Sequence record: PQ451753.1
DNA: 64,000 nucleotides
Strand: one strand, 5' to 3'
Positions 18,367 through 28,160 of this stretch are shown here, in pieces. The notes below the pieces were generated by a model that saw only the letters and a program-made list of their open reading frames with translations, had not been told where the DNA came from and did not search any database. The position numbers and the translations under genes were made by a program. How positions within the stretch are numbered: the first letter of the stretch is position 1; the number at the start of each line of letters is the position of its first letter.

Positions 18367-18754
18367 TCAATTAATACGATTCATAGAACGCAAGCTAGTA
18401 AAGTTTAGACTACCTAACGGCGGCATTAGTAGAAAAGAGGAGCAGCAGGTTATAGAGCTGCTCATCTTGCGCTTTATTTGCCGTGACGAATCACGCATAC
18501 GTCGACTATCTTCACCAACTGTTTTACATGTCTTTAACCGACTAACCAAAGGTGATAGACATACATCTGGTGATATCGAATTACTCGACGAACTCTACTA
18601 CTATGGTGAGTTAGTGGGTGATGTGGTTATGAGATATTTTGACTACGAAGGTGATGGTATAGGTTACAACTGTCGAATTCATTACAACTTGCGTAGACGA
18701 CGAATTAGTATAGAGGGAACATCCGAATGTCTAAGAGAAAGATTAGGCAGGTAA
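18341..18754 (+). CDS. Early-array protein 7
   Basis: GGAG RBS before a GTG start; overlaps the previous gene. Confidence 0.7.
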   Translation: MLKMTVGISQLIRFIERKLVKFRLPNGGISRKEEQQVIELLILRFICRDESRIRRLSSPTVLHVFNRLTKGDRHTSGDIELLDELYYYGELVGDVVMRYFDYEGDGIGYNCRIHYNLRRRRISIEGTSECLRERLGR

Positions 18755-19464
18755 GAGTTTGTCTGAAAGAGTACATCCGCGATATTGAAGATATCGTGGC
18801 TAATATGTGTGATAAACTTAGCGACCTGCCTGATAGCTTTAGACGTCCTATTGAAGAGGGCGTGGTATATATGGCCCTGTTTGATTCAGGGTATAACGAT
18901 GAAGATTTCTGGGAGAAGGTCTCTGAGTACTTAACCGAAGTATTCACACTGTATTTTGAAAGTCAAACTGAATTTACGGACACGTTACCGAGAAGTAGGA
19001 AGGTGCGTTTAAAGCCATTAATGATGGATGTCCTTAAAGGTACTGACACTGATGATGACCTATTGATTTCAGATGTTGACCATCTCGATAGTGAACGGAT
19101 TGAATATGTCATTGGTGTGAGTGATGAGATTCCACGTCATTACCACTGGAGTAGTCGTGAGGATATGGAATATACTGCTGAAATTGTTTCAGACCAAGTT
19201 GCTGAAATGTTTGCAGAGTACGACCTAGCCTCCGATGAGGACTTCGCTGAACTTGCATGCATGGTTAGAGATGCGGTTCTGGGTGATAGAAGTAATGTGA
19301 GTGATATTGATAGATTCACTATTGACTTACCTCGTAAACGACTGATGGTCGGTGTTAATGTGGGTAGGCGTTTAGTTGATATTGACATGTCGCTATTTAA
19401 TAGATTTGAGGTAGACGATGCGTTATCTATTCGGGATAGATCGCGAAGTCATCGACCACATTAA
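18727..19464 (+). CDS. Early-array protein 8 (acidic)
   Basis: GAGGG RBS; 245 aa. Confidence 0.75.
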   Translation: MSKRKIRQVRVCLKEYIRDIEDIVANMCDKLSDLPDSFRRPIEEGVVYMALFDSGYNDEDFWEKVSEYLTEVFTLYFESQTEFTDTLPRSRKVRLKPLMMDVLKGTDTDDDLLISDVDHLDSERIEYVIGVSDEIPRHYHWSSREDMEYTAEIVSDQVAEMFAEYDLASDEDFAELACMVRDAVLGDRSNVSDIDRFTIDLPRKRLMVGVNVGRRLVDIDMSLFNRFEVDDALSIRDRSRSHRPH

Positions 19465-19984
19465 CGAAGCGTGGCATTACCTTGATAGTGAGTACAACCT
19501 CGACTTATGGCCGTTAATTAAGCCTGTAGTTGAGCTCTGTACTCATACCACTATACATGAGCTAATAACTTTACATTACATGTTAGGTTACGATGTGGAA
19601 GAATATATCCATAATTGTAACTGGCATCATGTTGAAGATTACGTCCATGCAACAGTTGGTTCTGACGATGAAGTCTTAGACGACTTACTTGAGTTATTAG
19701 AATCAAATGCGTATATGGGTAACAAGCTGGCTACATCTATCTGTCGTAAAAGCAGATACATGAGAACAGCTGATATCATAGGTGAGTCAAACGATCGTGT
19801 GCGAGATGACTTACAGCGTTCATTATCAAATGCGTTGATAGATGCAATCATTGATACCTTAAGGTCAGTAGAAATTATTGAATACTTGCCTAAGGTTGAA
19901 AACGAACTAGCTCCAAGATATCGTATGCCGATTCAGGACGTTGATATCAACATTCCAAAATTAAAGCTGACGATATACCATTAG
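19418..19984 (+). CDS. Early-array protein 9
   Basis: GAGGT RBS; overlaps the previous gene. Confidence 0.75.
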   Translation: MRYLFGIDREVIDHINEAWHYLDSEYNLDLWPLIKPVVELCTHTTIHELITLHYMLGYDVEEYIHNCNWHHVEDYVHATVGSDDEVLDDLLELLESNAYMGNKLATSICRKSRYMRTADIIGESNDRVRDDLQRSLSNALIDAIIDTLRSVEIIEYLPKVENELAPRYRMPIQDVDINIPKLKLTIYH

Positions 19985-19990
19985 GAGATA

Positions 19991-20413
19991 GTGATGGCTG
20001 ACATTAACACGCTTAAATCGGGACAGGTTGTCTCGTTTAAGTTACATACCAAACTGATCTCCGACATCTTTACCAACGTAAAGGTGCTCGGTGCAGTGGG
20101 GTTCGATTTAGCAAACAATATTGAGGATGTTGCCGCAATTCATGCCAACATCTACTCAACACTTCCAGAGGGTACGCCTGAAAGTCCAGAAGACTATGAT
20201 TACCTAATCGTAGAAACTATTGACGGTCAGCGTAAAGCTGTAGGTGGGCCATGGATTAAAGATCCTATCACGGTAGTTGACTCTGCAACCATCCGTGTTA
20301 CTTTGAACAACGCAACCACTTCAGATGTTGAGAAGGTTCGTAATGCATTAAATGCTTACGGATTCATCGACCTATCAATTGAAGTATTGAGTGGTTCTAG
20401 TATACAATCCTAG
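19991..20413 (+). CDS. Conserved chimallivirus protein (phiKZ gp49-like)
   Basis: DVAAIHANIYSTLP..P..P.DY.YL block; directly upstream of the polymerase gene. Confidence 0.6.
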   Translation: MMADINTLKSGQVVSFKLHTKLISDIFTNVKVLGAVGFDLANNIEDVAAIHANIYSTLPEGTPESPEDYDYLIVETIDGQRKAVGGPWIKDPITVVDSATIRVTLNNATTSDVEKVRNALNAYGFIDLSIEVLSGSSIQS

Positions 20414-20414
20414 T

Positions 20415-20590
20415 AATAAATTAAATGGTTGGCTATATTGTGAACGAATCAATCTCCCAATTAGTTTGTTCATTAGTGAGTCACATTTCAGTCCCTGCAA
20501 ATGTGATTTGCTTGCCCACTACTTTTTTCTTGGATTATTTAGTCCACCTTATGAAGCCAGCACCCGTTTGGGTGTTGGTATTTTTTTTTG
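20415..20590 (+). ncRNA. Candidate 3'UTR-derived sRNA with C-rich (UCCC) loops
   Basis: Three hairpins plus terminator; loop 1 is complementary to the phage RBS consensus. Confidence 0.4.
20557..20589 (+). terminator. Intrinsic terminator
   Basis: CCAGCACCC-GTTT-GGGTGTTGG plus T9. Confidence 0.85.
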
Positions 20591-20662
20591 TCTTAATGTA
20601 AAAAGTAATGCAGTCGCTTTTGATTTGTAGAACTAACTAAAACAAAATTCCCAGAGGCAAAA

Positions 20663-22834
20663 ATGTCATTATTCTTACGTCCGGACGAAGAATACGTTCG
20701 TGAAATAAATGTCATGGAAGGCTACATGAAACAGTTGGCTGAATACCTGCATATCCAAACAGGTAAGCCGATGGAAGTAGTTAAGACATGGTTAAAGAAA
20801 GAATTCGAAACTGAAGAGGGTCGATTTAAGTTTAAATCCCCTATTGCAGATATTAACGTACGTGATCCAGAAACAGGTGACCGTAAAGCAGCACGTATCT
20901 CAGTCGCTAAGCTACTGGCTATGACTGACAAAAACGATATCATTACTTCACCATCATTGACCTTTTATACACCTGCTAAGAAGAAGCGTTCACTACTATC
21001 AGTCTTCATCGATGAGAACATCGCAAAACGTGCAAAAGTAAAGAAAGAGATGTTCGTAGCTCAGGCAGAGGGTGATGAAGTAAAGGCTCAGAACAAAAAG
21101 AATGAACAGAACTCATTCAAGACTTTGAATAACGCAACATCTGGCGCACACTCGTCACCATACACGCTACTATTCAATAAGTCTACTCACTCATCGCTAA
21201 CATCAACTTGTCGTTCAGCTACCTCTTATGGTAACGCAAACAACGAGAAGTTACTGGCAGGTTCGCGTCACTACTGGATGCCGGGTATTGTAATCAACAA
21301 TATCTTGTCGACTATTACGTTGACAGACTTCGAAGCATTCCAAGGTTGTATGGATGAGTACAACTTACATTACCCAACAGCAGCTGAGACAATGGAGTGT
21401 ATTGAATACTCAACTCACCTGTTCTGGAATAATGTTACAGCGATGGAGCACATTGAAGACTTCGTTAATAAGCTAACACCAATTCAACGCGCTGCGTTTG
21501 TCTACATTGGTGACCTTTACCATCTACGTAAGCACAACCCTGATGTTGTTCGTGGTTGGATTGGTTCAATGATTGAAGAGACAAATGAAAAGGTCGCTGT
21601 AGAAGAGATTGAAACTGTAGAGAAAGTTACTGATGGTGACTTGACTGCATTAGTAGCGCTACTTCGTGCAGACCTAGTTGGTCCACGTAACCTACGTAAG
21701 GTAAAAGAGCAAGACTTTGAAGATTACCGTATTCTAATGTCTACGTGTATGAAAGTTCGTGAGGCTTGTGAGAAATACTCAACGTTGATTCGTGAGATTA
21801 TGACTACGAAGAACGTACCTGCTTCTATTGCTAGATTGCCTGACACAATCCGTCGTGTATCTTTAGTATCGGATACTGACTCGACTATGGCTACAGCTCA
21901 GCGTTGGTCTGAGTGGTTCTGTGGTGAGATGACGGGTAAGGTTGCGGACAATGTTGCGGATACGATGATCTACATTGCAACGCAGAACATCGCGCACATG
22001 ATGGCGAGAATGTCTACACAGATGGGTGTGGAGAAACAGTACTTGCATCGCTACTCAATGAAGAACGAGTTTAAGTTCAGTGCATTTGCATTGACAAATA
22101 AAGCGAAACACTACTTCTCCCTCATCACTTCGCAAGAGGGTACTCTATTTGAAGATCCTGAGTTAGAAGTAAAAGGTGTAGCATTACGTACATCAAACAT
22201 TCCACCAATCATCATGAATGAATTCCGTGCAACGATTCGTGAGTTGTCGCGTTTGGTTATGGTAGGGGAAGATATTGAGATTGTTCCACTGCTAGAACGT
22301 GTGGGTGACATTGAACACAGCATCGTACGTTCGGTACACAATGGTGACTACCAGTACTTGAAGACTGGTCAGGTGAAAGATAAAACAGCCTACTCTAAAC
22401 CAGAGCAGTCTAACTTCATCTACTGGGAATGGTGGGAAACAACGTTCGGTCCTAAATACGGTTCGGCGGGTTCACCGTCATATAGCGTAGTTAAGATTTC
22501 TGTTGACCTTGGAAACAAGACATTGATTAAACGATGGATTGATAACATGAAAGACAGAGAATTGGCGGGACGTATTCAGGAATGGCACCTAAGAAACCCG
22601 AAACGTAAATTCACGCAGTTGCTACTACCAGAAACAGTTGTAGCGACCAATGGTATTCCAAAAGAGATTTTGGATATTGCGGATTACCGTCGAATCATCT
22701 TTGCATCAGTTGAGCCATACTACCATGTGTTAGAATGTTTCAAAGTGATGATGATTGACAAGAACCGTACGCGAATGGTTTCGGACTTCTATGGTGAACC
22801 AATTGAGAGTGAACTAACGGAGACTGCCACATAG
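20663..22834 (+). CDS. polB: Family-B DNA polymerase, polymerase-domain subunit (phiKZ gp50-like)
   Basis: Motif B QNSFKTLNNATSG and motif C SDTDS; no exonuclease domain. Confidence 0.9.
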   Translation: MSLFLRPDEEYVREINVMEGYMKQLAEYLHIQTGKPMEVVKTWLKKEFETEEGRFKFKSPIADINVRDPETGDRKAARISVAKLLAMTDKNDIITSPSLTFYTPAKKKRSLLSVFIDENIAKRAKVKKEMFVAQAEGDEVKAQNKKNEQNSFKTLNNATSGAHSSPYTLLFNKSTHSSLTSTCRSATSYGNANNEKLLAGSRHYWMPGIVINNILSTITLTDFEAFQGCMDEYNLHYPTAAETMECIEYSTHLFWNNVTAMEHIEDFVNKLTPIQRAAFVYIGDLYHLRKHNPDVVRGWIGSMIEETNEKVAVEEIETVEKVTDGDLTALVALLRADLVGPRNLRKVKEQDFEDYRILMSTCMKVREACEKYSTLIREIMTTKNVPASIARLPDTIRRVSLVSDTDSTMATAQRWSEWFCGEMTGKVADNVADTMIYIATQNIAHMMARMSTQMGVEKQYLHRYSMKNEFKFSAFALTNKAKHYFSLITSQEGTLFEDPELEVKGVALRTSNIPPIIMNEFRATIRELSRLVMVGEDIEIVPLLERVGDIEHSIVRSVHNGDYQYLKTGQVKDKTAYSKPEQSNFIYWEWWETTFGPKYGSAGSPSYSVVKISVDLGNKTLIKRWIDNMKDRELAGRIQEWHLRNPKRKFTQLLLPETVVATNGIPKEILDIADYRRIIFASVEPYYHVLECFKVMMIDKNRTRMVSDFYGEPIESELTETAT

Positions 22835-23878
22835 TAGCAACAAATCTTCTAGATAGTTGTCTATTATATGTACTTTCATGTGCTTCGGCACGTGGGAGAG
22901 TGTGCGGCTGTTTATAAACGCACGCAGTTCTCTTGATAGATTACTCAAGTTAGATTGGTCTAATACCTGACCTGAGGTAGAAGCAACTTCCAGTCCATAA
23001 TGCAGGTAAGGCAACTTACTAGCGATTAGGAACCATTCAATTTGCTGAGTGGTAATAGTGGGAATTGGCTTAGTTAAGTCCAGTGCACTGTCTCTAAAGA
23101 AGGACGGTGTATTGAATAAGGCTGAGCCAATTGTTGTACCTTTGCCTAGAAGTTCGTTTACGACGTTCACATTGGACTTTGATAAACGGTCATCAATATC
23201 AGGTACTGGGTATTCGACAACGTTCGGATCATCATGGATTTCTTTACCGATGATGCGATAATAATGACGGTTAAACAGACTGATGTCCATATAAGACTTT
23301 AGACTGTTAAAGATTGGGTACTTAGCAATGAAGTTATAGATGTTCTCTTGTACATCATTACTACGTCTCCATCTCATCCACATCAAGAACTGGTATGCCA
23401 ACATTGGTACGTTGATCTTAATGAAAGCGTATTCACCGTCGTCGTCTGGTGTTCCAATCTGGAAGTTCGTATTGGTATTGGTGTGGTAAACAAATTGCAC
23501 AGGTTCTAACTCTGCCCAACGTGTTCGCTCATATGGCTCGTAGGTAAAGATAACCGACTCTGAGCCTTTGTTTAAGAACTGACCGTTAAAGGTAGAGCCG
23601 TAACTACTTGGAGAGGTGATATTCAATGCCCCTGCCATTTTACGTGCACGTTCTCTAACGTGATAGTCCAGTGATGTCGTCAACATATCAACTGAAAGAC
23701 CTAATCCAGAAAGGATGCGGTACAACAGATGCGTTGGCGGTACACTGTGCGCACTAGAGATAAAACGCTCCCGAATGCGGGTATGGTTTTTTATTACCGT
23801 GCGATGTATAGATATGAAGGAAGAGTCTATGACTCTACCTTTCGCCTTAGCGAAATCTTCGTTAAAATAGTCTAACAT
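22814..23878 (-). CDS. Conserved chimallivirus protein (phiKZ gp52-like)
   Basis: 354 aa, antisense gene between polymerase and chimallin as in phiKZ synteny. Confidence 0.6.
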   Translation of the reverse strand: MLDYFNEDFAKAKGRVIDSSFISIHRTVIKNHTRIRERFISSAHSVPPTHLLYRILSGLGLSVDMLTTSLDYHVRERARKMAGALNITSPSSYGSTFNGQFLNKGSESVIFTYEPYERTRWAELEPVQFVYHTNTNTNFQIGTPDDDGEYAFIKINVPMLAYQFLMWMRWRRSNDVQENIYNFIAKYPIFNSLKSYMDISLFNRHYYRIIGKEIHDDPNVVEYPVPDIDDRLSKSNVNVVNELLGKGTTIGSALFNTPSFFRDSALDLTKPIPTITTQQIEWFLIASKLPYLHYGLEVASTSGQVLDQSNLSNLSRELRAFINSRTLSHVPKHMKVHIIDNYLEDLLLLCGSLR

Positions 23879-23906
23879 CCGTAGACCCCTATTCTAAAAA
23901 ATTTTA

Positions 23907-23925
23907 AGTATATTTCATTGTAGTG
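23907..23925 (+). promoter_or_regulatory. Putative early promoter, copy 4 (chimallin)
   Basis: AGTATATTTCATTGTAGTG. Confidence 0.7.
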
Positions 23926-23998
23926 AGATTCAAGGAAATAAATAAAACCTGACTCACGTTAATCGATTAACTACATCAACCTCATAGGATAAAAAACA

Positions 23999-25855
23999 AT
24001 GGCATTTAATACTGGCGAAAATAAGACTCACGACAAAGCGGCTAACACAGGTCGTAAAGACAACGAGAACAAAGGTCGTAAAGACGAAGGTCGTGGCGAT
24101 GCACGCGGTCGTCGCAACCTTGTATCTCGTGCATGGTCGCCTGGTTTGTCTGAGCAGGGTCGCAGTGCTGACTTCGTGAAGCGCGCGAAAGAGTTCCTTG
24201 AAGACCAAGGTAACAAGAACACAATCATCCTACAACCGGATAACGAGCTAGCTCGTGAACTGTCTGACTCATTCGGTTTCGTAATCTACGGTACTCACGT
24301 AGACACTGACCTAATGTGGCACCTATTGGTATTTGAATCTCAACTAACTCCAGTTGCAATGGAAGAGATCAAAGACCGTAGTCGTCGCTACTCTCGTGAC
24401 GAGAAAATCTACGACTTCGAAACAACTTCAGATGCAATCAGCGATGACCTAGTATCTGATATCGAAGAGTGGCTACGTCGCAACGTTGAAGTTGACGGTG
24501 AACTATTCTTCACTAACGCAACTGTAGTTCCAGTTGAAGTAGACCTAGAGTCTGATGCAGTAGTTCAGCTACTGGGCTTCGATGCAGAAGATTCTAACAT
24601 CCTGCTATCTGATACTGATGAGCCGTTCAGCTCTAAGATGCTAGCAGACCGTTCTGTACTGAAAGCGAAGTTGAACTTCACTTCACTTGACGACAAGCGT
24701 GACCTAACGTCAATGCCTCTACGTTCTGACCTACAAATCAGCATCTCTGAAAATCTACGTGACAACAAAGTCAGCATGATTCGTTCAGCAGGTGGTCAAC
24801 GTACGTTGGTAGAAATGGATGCTTACGTGAATGCCCGTTGGGTTGGTCACGATGAAGCAGACCGTGATGACGAAATCGATCCAGCATGCTACGTACCAGA
24901 AGTAGTAATGACTCAAAGCAACCCATACCACAACGATGTGTACGGCGGTAACTTCGAGCGTTTCTTCCTAGGTCTAGCTGCACTAATGTACACCAAAGAT
25001 GGTGACGTATGGATGAAAGGTTTCGAATCTTCTATCCACGGTGGTAGCAAAGTTTCTAGCCTTGCTTACGGCATGGACCCAGAAGTCTTCCCAGAAGGTA
25101 AAATCCCATCTGACATCGACATCGTTGATGAAGACCCAACTGAAACTGGTAACTGGCTACGTAAAATCTTCTTCCGTTCAGAACGCGGTCGCTCTATCCC
25201 AGTAGAGTTCGCGGTACTAATCAAAGAAGGTGGTATTGGCTACGCAACCAACAAGCTACTGCTTGACGTTGCAGATGACAACCCAGATGCACTTGAGAAG
25301 CTAATCAATGTACTGGACAACCTAACAGATGGTGTCTCTCAAGACTACCTAGACATCCGTGACTACACTGATGTTATCTCTGGTCAGGTTCGTGTACCAA
25401 TGGGTTACTTCAAAGATGCTGACGGTGAGCGCGCAGGTGAGTTCATCGATACTCAGTTCGTAATGGACCGTCTAAAAGACAACTACCCTGAGAAGCTAGA
25501 TGACTACTTCGAGTGTGTTCAGATTGATGATCGTGAATTCGACCACGAAGAAGCAATGACTAAACTACTGGATATCTACCAGCTAGTTACTGATGGTCAG
25601 TTCAAGCTTAAAGGCTTCGGTACTAAACTATACATTAACCCAGACTTCCTAGATGGTCTAGCTAAAGCTATCAAAGCTAAAGACGCTGGCCTGAACATGG
25701 AGCTTGAAGCTAATGTAGAAGTTAACTTCCGTCGCGGTCGTCGTTCACAAGGTCGTCGTGCATCAGCGGGTCTAGCGGATTCTCCACTAGGTCGTAACCG
25801 TCGTACTTACAGCGGTTCACGTCGTCGCGGTTCACGCACTAAGTACCGTCGTTAA
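23999..25855 (+). CDS. chmA: Chimallin, phage nuclear shell protein (phiKZ gp54-like)
   Basis: 618 aa with highly expressed codon bias; own early promoter and terminator; directly upstream of nvRNAP beta'-N; disordered N- and C-termini. Call rests mainly on synteny and size. Confidence 0.85.
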   Translation: MAFNTGENKTHDKAANTGRKDNENKGRKDEGRGDARGRRNLVSRAWSPGLSEQGRSADFVKRAKEFLEDQGNKNTIILQPDNELARELSDSFGFVIYGTHVDTDLMWHLLVFESQLTPVAMEEIKDRSRRYSRDEKIYDFETTSDAISDDLVSDIEEWLRRNVEVDGELFFTNATVVPVEVDLESDAVVQLLGFDAEDSNILLSDTDEPFSSKMLADRSVLKAKLNFTSLDDKRDLTSMPLRSDLQISISENLRDNKVSMIRSAGGQRTLVEMDAYVNARWVGHDEADRDDEIDPACYVPEVVMTQSNPYHNDVYGGNFERFFLGLAALMYTKDGDVWMKGFESSIHGGSKVSSLAYGMDPEVFPEGKIPSDIDIVDEDPTETGNWLRKIFFRSERGRSIPVEFAVLIKEGGIGYATNKLLLDVADDNPDALEKLINVLDNLTDGVSQDYLDIRDYTDVISGQVRVPMGYFKDADGERAGEFIDTQFVMDRLKDNYPEKLDDYFECVQIDDREFDHEEAMTKLLDIYQLVTDGQFKLKGFGTKLYINPDFLDGLAKAIKAKDAGLNMELEANVEVNFRRGRRSQGRRASAGLADSPLGRNRRTYSGSRRRGSRTKYRR

Positions 25856-25882
25856 TCGACTGGTAGTAAAAATAAAGAAGTC

Positions 25883-25909
25883 GGGGAGCATTGCTCCCCA
25901 CTTTTTTTT
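25883..25909 (+). terminator. Intrinsic terminator after chimallin
   Basis: GGGGAGC-ATT-GCTCCCC plus T8. Confidence 0.85.
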
Positions 25910-25944
25910 AGTGTGTAATCGTCAGACTAATTGGGAGATAAACT

Positions 25945-27477
25945 ATGACGCTTGGACAACCACGTCCCGATTGGGAATCGAATGGCATCAGTCTTGACAT
26001 CTATTCGCTAGAGAAAGATTTTGATGAACTAAAAATCGAACCAATCATCATTAATGACGTAGCTGATGAGTTCAGCGTCGGTCGTACTATTGATGTAATC
26101 AATGATCTGATTCGTGTTAGTTACGACAGTGATGAACTAAATACGGTGCCTTCCTGTGAAAAGGGATGTACTACAGGTGCATTTAACTACGACCCGGTAA
26201 ACCCAGTCATCTGTGATGTCTGTGGTACGCCAGTCAAGTCGGTAATCAATCAACCACTCCTGCCACAGGTGTGGATGAGAGTGCCAAAGAAAGTGGATGC
26301 GTTCATGCATCCTCGTATCTATCAACTGTTCTCTGAGTACTTCAGAAACAACTACTTTGATTTAATCGAGTATTTAACCAACCCAACATATGTAGTTCCT
26401 CGTCACAACAACTACCGTGGTGGTAAACCAGAGATTGAAAGATTACTGGATTTCCTAGCGGATAACAAAGTTGAGCGTGGCATTAACTACTTCCATCGTA
26501 ACTTTGACGAGTTGATGGATTTGTTGTTAATCCAGAACCCAAGACTGTTCACCTATAAGTACAATACGGCTGATCGTGCAACACGTACATGCGCTAAGTT
26601 CAAATACTTCTTAGACATCTACCGTGATTGTATCTTTACCCGTTATCTACCTTTCCCGTCGAAACTGATTATGGTTTCAGAACGTGGTGGTACGGCAGAG
26701 TTCATTGACCCGAACATGAAAGATGCATTCGATGCTCCAAAGACAATTGCGTCGTTGGAAACTCGTGCAACTAAGCCAAGCTACAAAGTAGTACAGGCAG
26801 AAACTGTAAAGGTCATTAAACTGATGGGTGCCTACTTCAATGGGTACTACAGTAAGACGTGTTCTGGTAAGACAGGTATGTTCCGTGGACAACATGGTGG
26901 TTCTCGTGGCTTCTTTACTGGGCGTGCTGTAATTGCACCTCTAGCAATGGAACATGAGTACGATGAAATCCACACACCTTGGTCATGGTCAGTGACTATC
27001 TTCTCCGTACACCTTGAGAACAAGCTGTTACGTCTAGGATATAATCCGCGTCAAATCATGCGGAAGATTGATAAGGCTACAGTTCGTTACGACAAGATGA
27101 TTCATGAGCTACTCAATGAAATCATCGCTGAATGTCCTGAAGGTGGCTATCCAGTATCGATGCTACGTAACCCAACGTTACGTCGTGGTTCGAACCAGTA
27201 CTTCCGTATTACGAAGATACTAACGAACGTTCATGATAATGCTATCATGATGTCGGTACTTGCTATCAAAGACCCTAACGCAGACTTTGATGGTGACCAA
27301 TTGCAAGTTAAGCTGTTGGTAGATAATAAAGAGAAGCGTCAGTTTGCGAGATTGGCTTCGCATCTGAACATTATGGATACCGACCATCCGAACCGTGTGG
27401 GTGGACATATCACATTCCACCCTGAAGTAACAACCATGGCAAACAACTACTTGTCACATTACAGAAAGGCAGCATAA
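25945..27477 (+). CDS. Non-virion RNAP beta' N-terminal subunit (phiKZ gp55-like), uninterrupted
   Basis: Catalytic NADFDGD motif, LRNPTL, Zn finger CEKGC/CDVC. Confidence 0.92.
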   Translation: MTLGQPRPDWESNGISLDIYSLEKDFDELKIEPIIINDVADEFSVGRTIDVINDLIRVSYDSDELNTVPSCEKGCTTGAFNYDPVNPVICDVCGTPVKSVINQPLLPQVWMRVPKKVDAFMHPRIYQLFSEYFRNNYFDLIEYLTNPTYVVPRHNNYRGGKPEIERLLDFLADNKVERGINYFHRNFDELMDLLLIQNPRLFTYKYNTADRATRTCAKFKYFLDIYRDCIFTRYLPFPSKLIMVSERGGTAEFIDPNMKDAFDAPKTIASLETRATKPSYKVVQAETVKVIKLMGAYFNGYYSKTCSGKTGMFRGQHGGSRGFFTGRAVIAPLAMEHEYDEIHTPWSWSVTIFSVHLENKLLRLGYNPRQIMRKIDKATVRYDKMIHELLNEIIAECPEGGYPVSMLRNPTLRRGSNQYFRITKILTNVHDNAIMMSVLAIKDPNADFDGDQLQVKLLVDNKEKRQFARLASHLNIMDTDHPNRVGGHITFHPEVTTMANNYLSHYRKAA

Positions 27478-27480
27478 CTT

Positions 27481-28098
27481 ATGGCGAATGTAATTCGTGG
27501 TGTAGGTAACGAAGGAGTTCGTGATATCTTGTACACACGTCCAAAGCGTCTTCTTGAGGATTATCATGAAGACTTATTTGGCGATAAAGGTATTGCGTCT
27601 AGTTTCTCCGAAAGTTTCCGAGATCGGGCTAAGGCGAAGATCGACCGCCTCAAAAGTAGTCGTGCTATACGTGCAGCTTCTTCTACATTCCGTAAGCTTC
27701 GTAACCGTGGTCGTTTAGACCGCATCGAATGTCTACTAGATGTAGGTGCACTGCAACACGCGCCACCTCGTATGCAATCACTGATTATGGCGAACCCTAA
27801 AGTTCGTCGTCGTTGGCAGAAGCGTACGTTGGCTGGTTATGAGAATGGTTATGACTTACGTGCGGACCAACGTAATTCAGTTAAGCATTCACATTCAACA
27901 TATCGTATGATAATGGACGGTCTAGTACAGAATGATGAGGGTCAACATGTATCCCATACTTACGTACTAACTCGTGAAGAGAAAGACAACCTTTCATACA
28001 AAGACAAAGCGGAAATTCTTCAGACATGGGCACGTGTCGATGAAATGCTCTGGGAGAATCTTGAAGATCCTACCTCAGAGTACAACGCAATGTTGTAA
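27481..28098 (+). CDS. Conserved hypothetical protein (phiKZ gp56.1-like)
   Basis: 205 aa ending DPTSEYNAML; synteny. Confidence 0.6.
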   Translation: MANVIRGVGNEGVRDILYTRPKRLLEDYHEDLFGDKGIASSFSESFRDRAKAKIDRLKSSRAIRAASSTFRKLRNRGRLDRIECLLDVGALQHAPPRMQSLIMANPKVRRRWQKRTLAGYENGYDLRADQRNSVKHSHSTYRMIMDGLVQNDEGQHVSHTYVLTREEKDNLSYKDKAEILQTWARVDEMLWENLEDPTSEYNAML

Positions 28099-28104
28099 AC
28101 AAGA

Positions 28105-28141
28105 TGAGAGGTATGGCGTTTGCCGTACCTCTTATTTTTTT
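28105..28141 (+). terminator. Intrinsic terminator
   Basis: TGAGAGGTATGGC-GTTT-GCCGTACCTCTTA plus T-tract; the ORF-track ATG 28104 lies inside it. Confidence 0.8.
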
Positions 28142-28160
28142 GCCTTTTGAGGAACCTAAT

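Noticed and set aside
22855-22872. CTATTATATGT (also at ~11868) as a late TATG promoter, antisense to 22814..23878
   Set aside because: Only two copies of a short AT-rich word; cannot be distinguished from chance without TSS data
28104-28160. N-terminal extension of 28104..28577
   Set aside because: Start lies inside a terminator; ATG 28161 has the RBS
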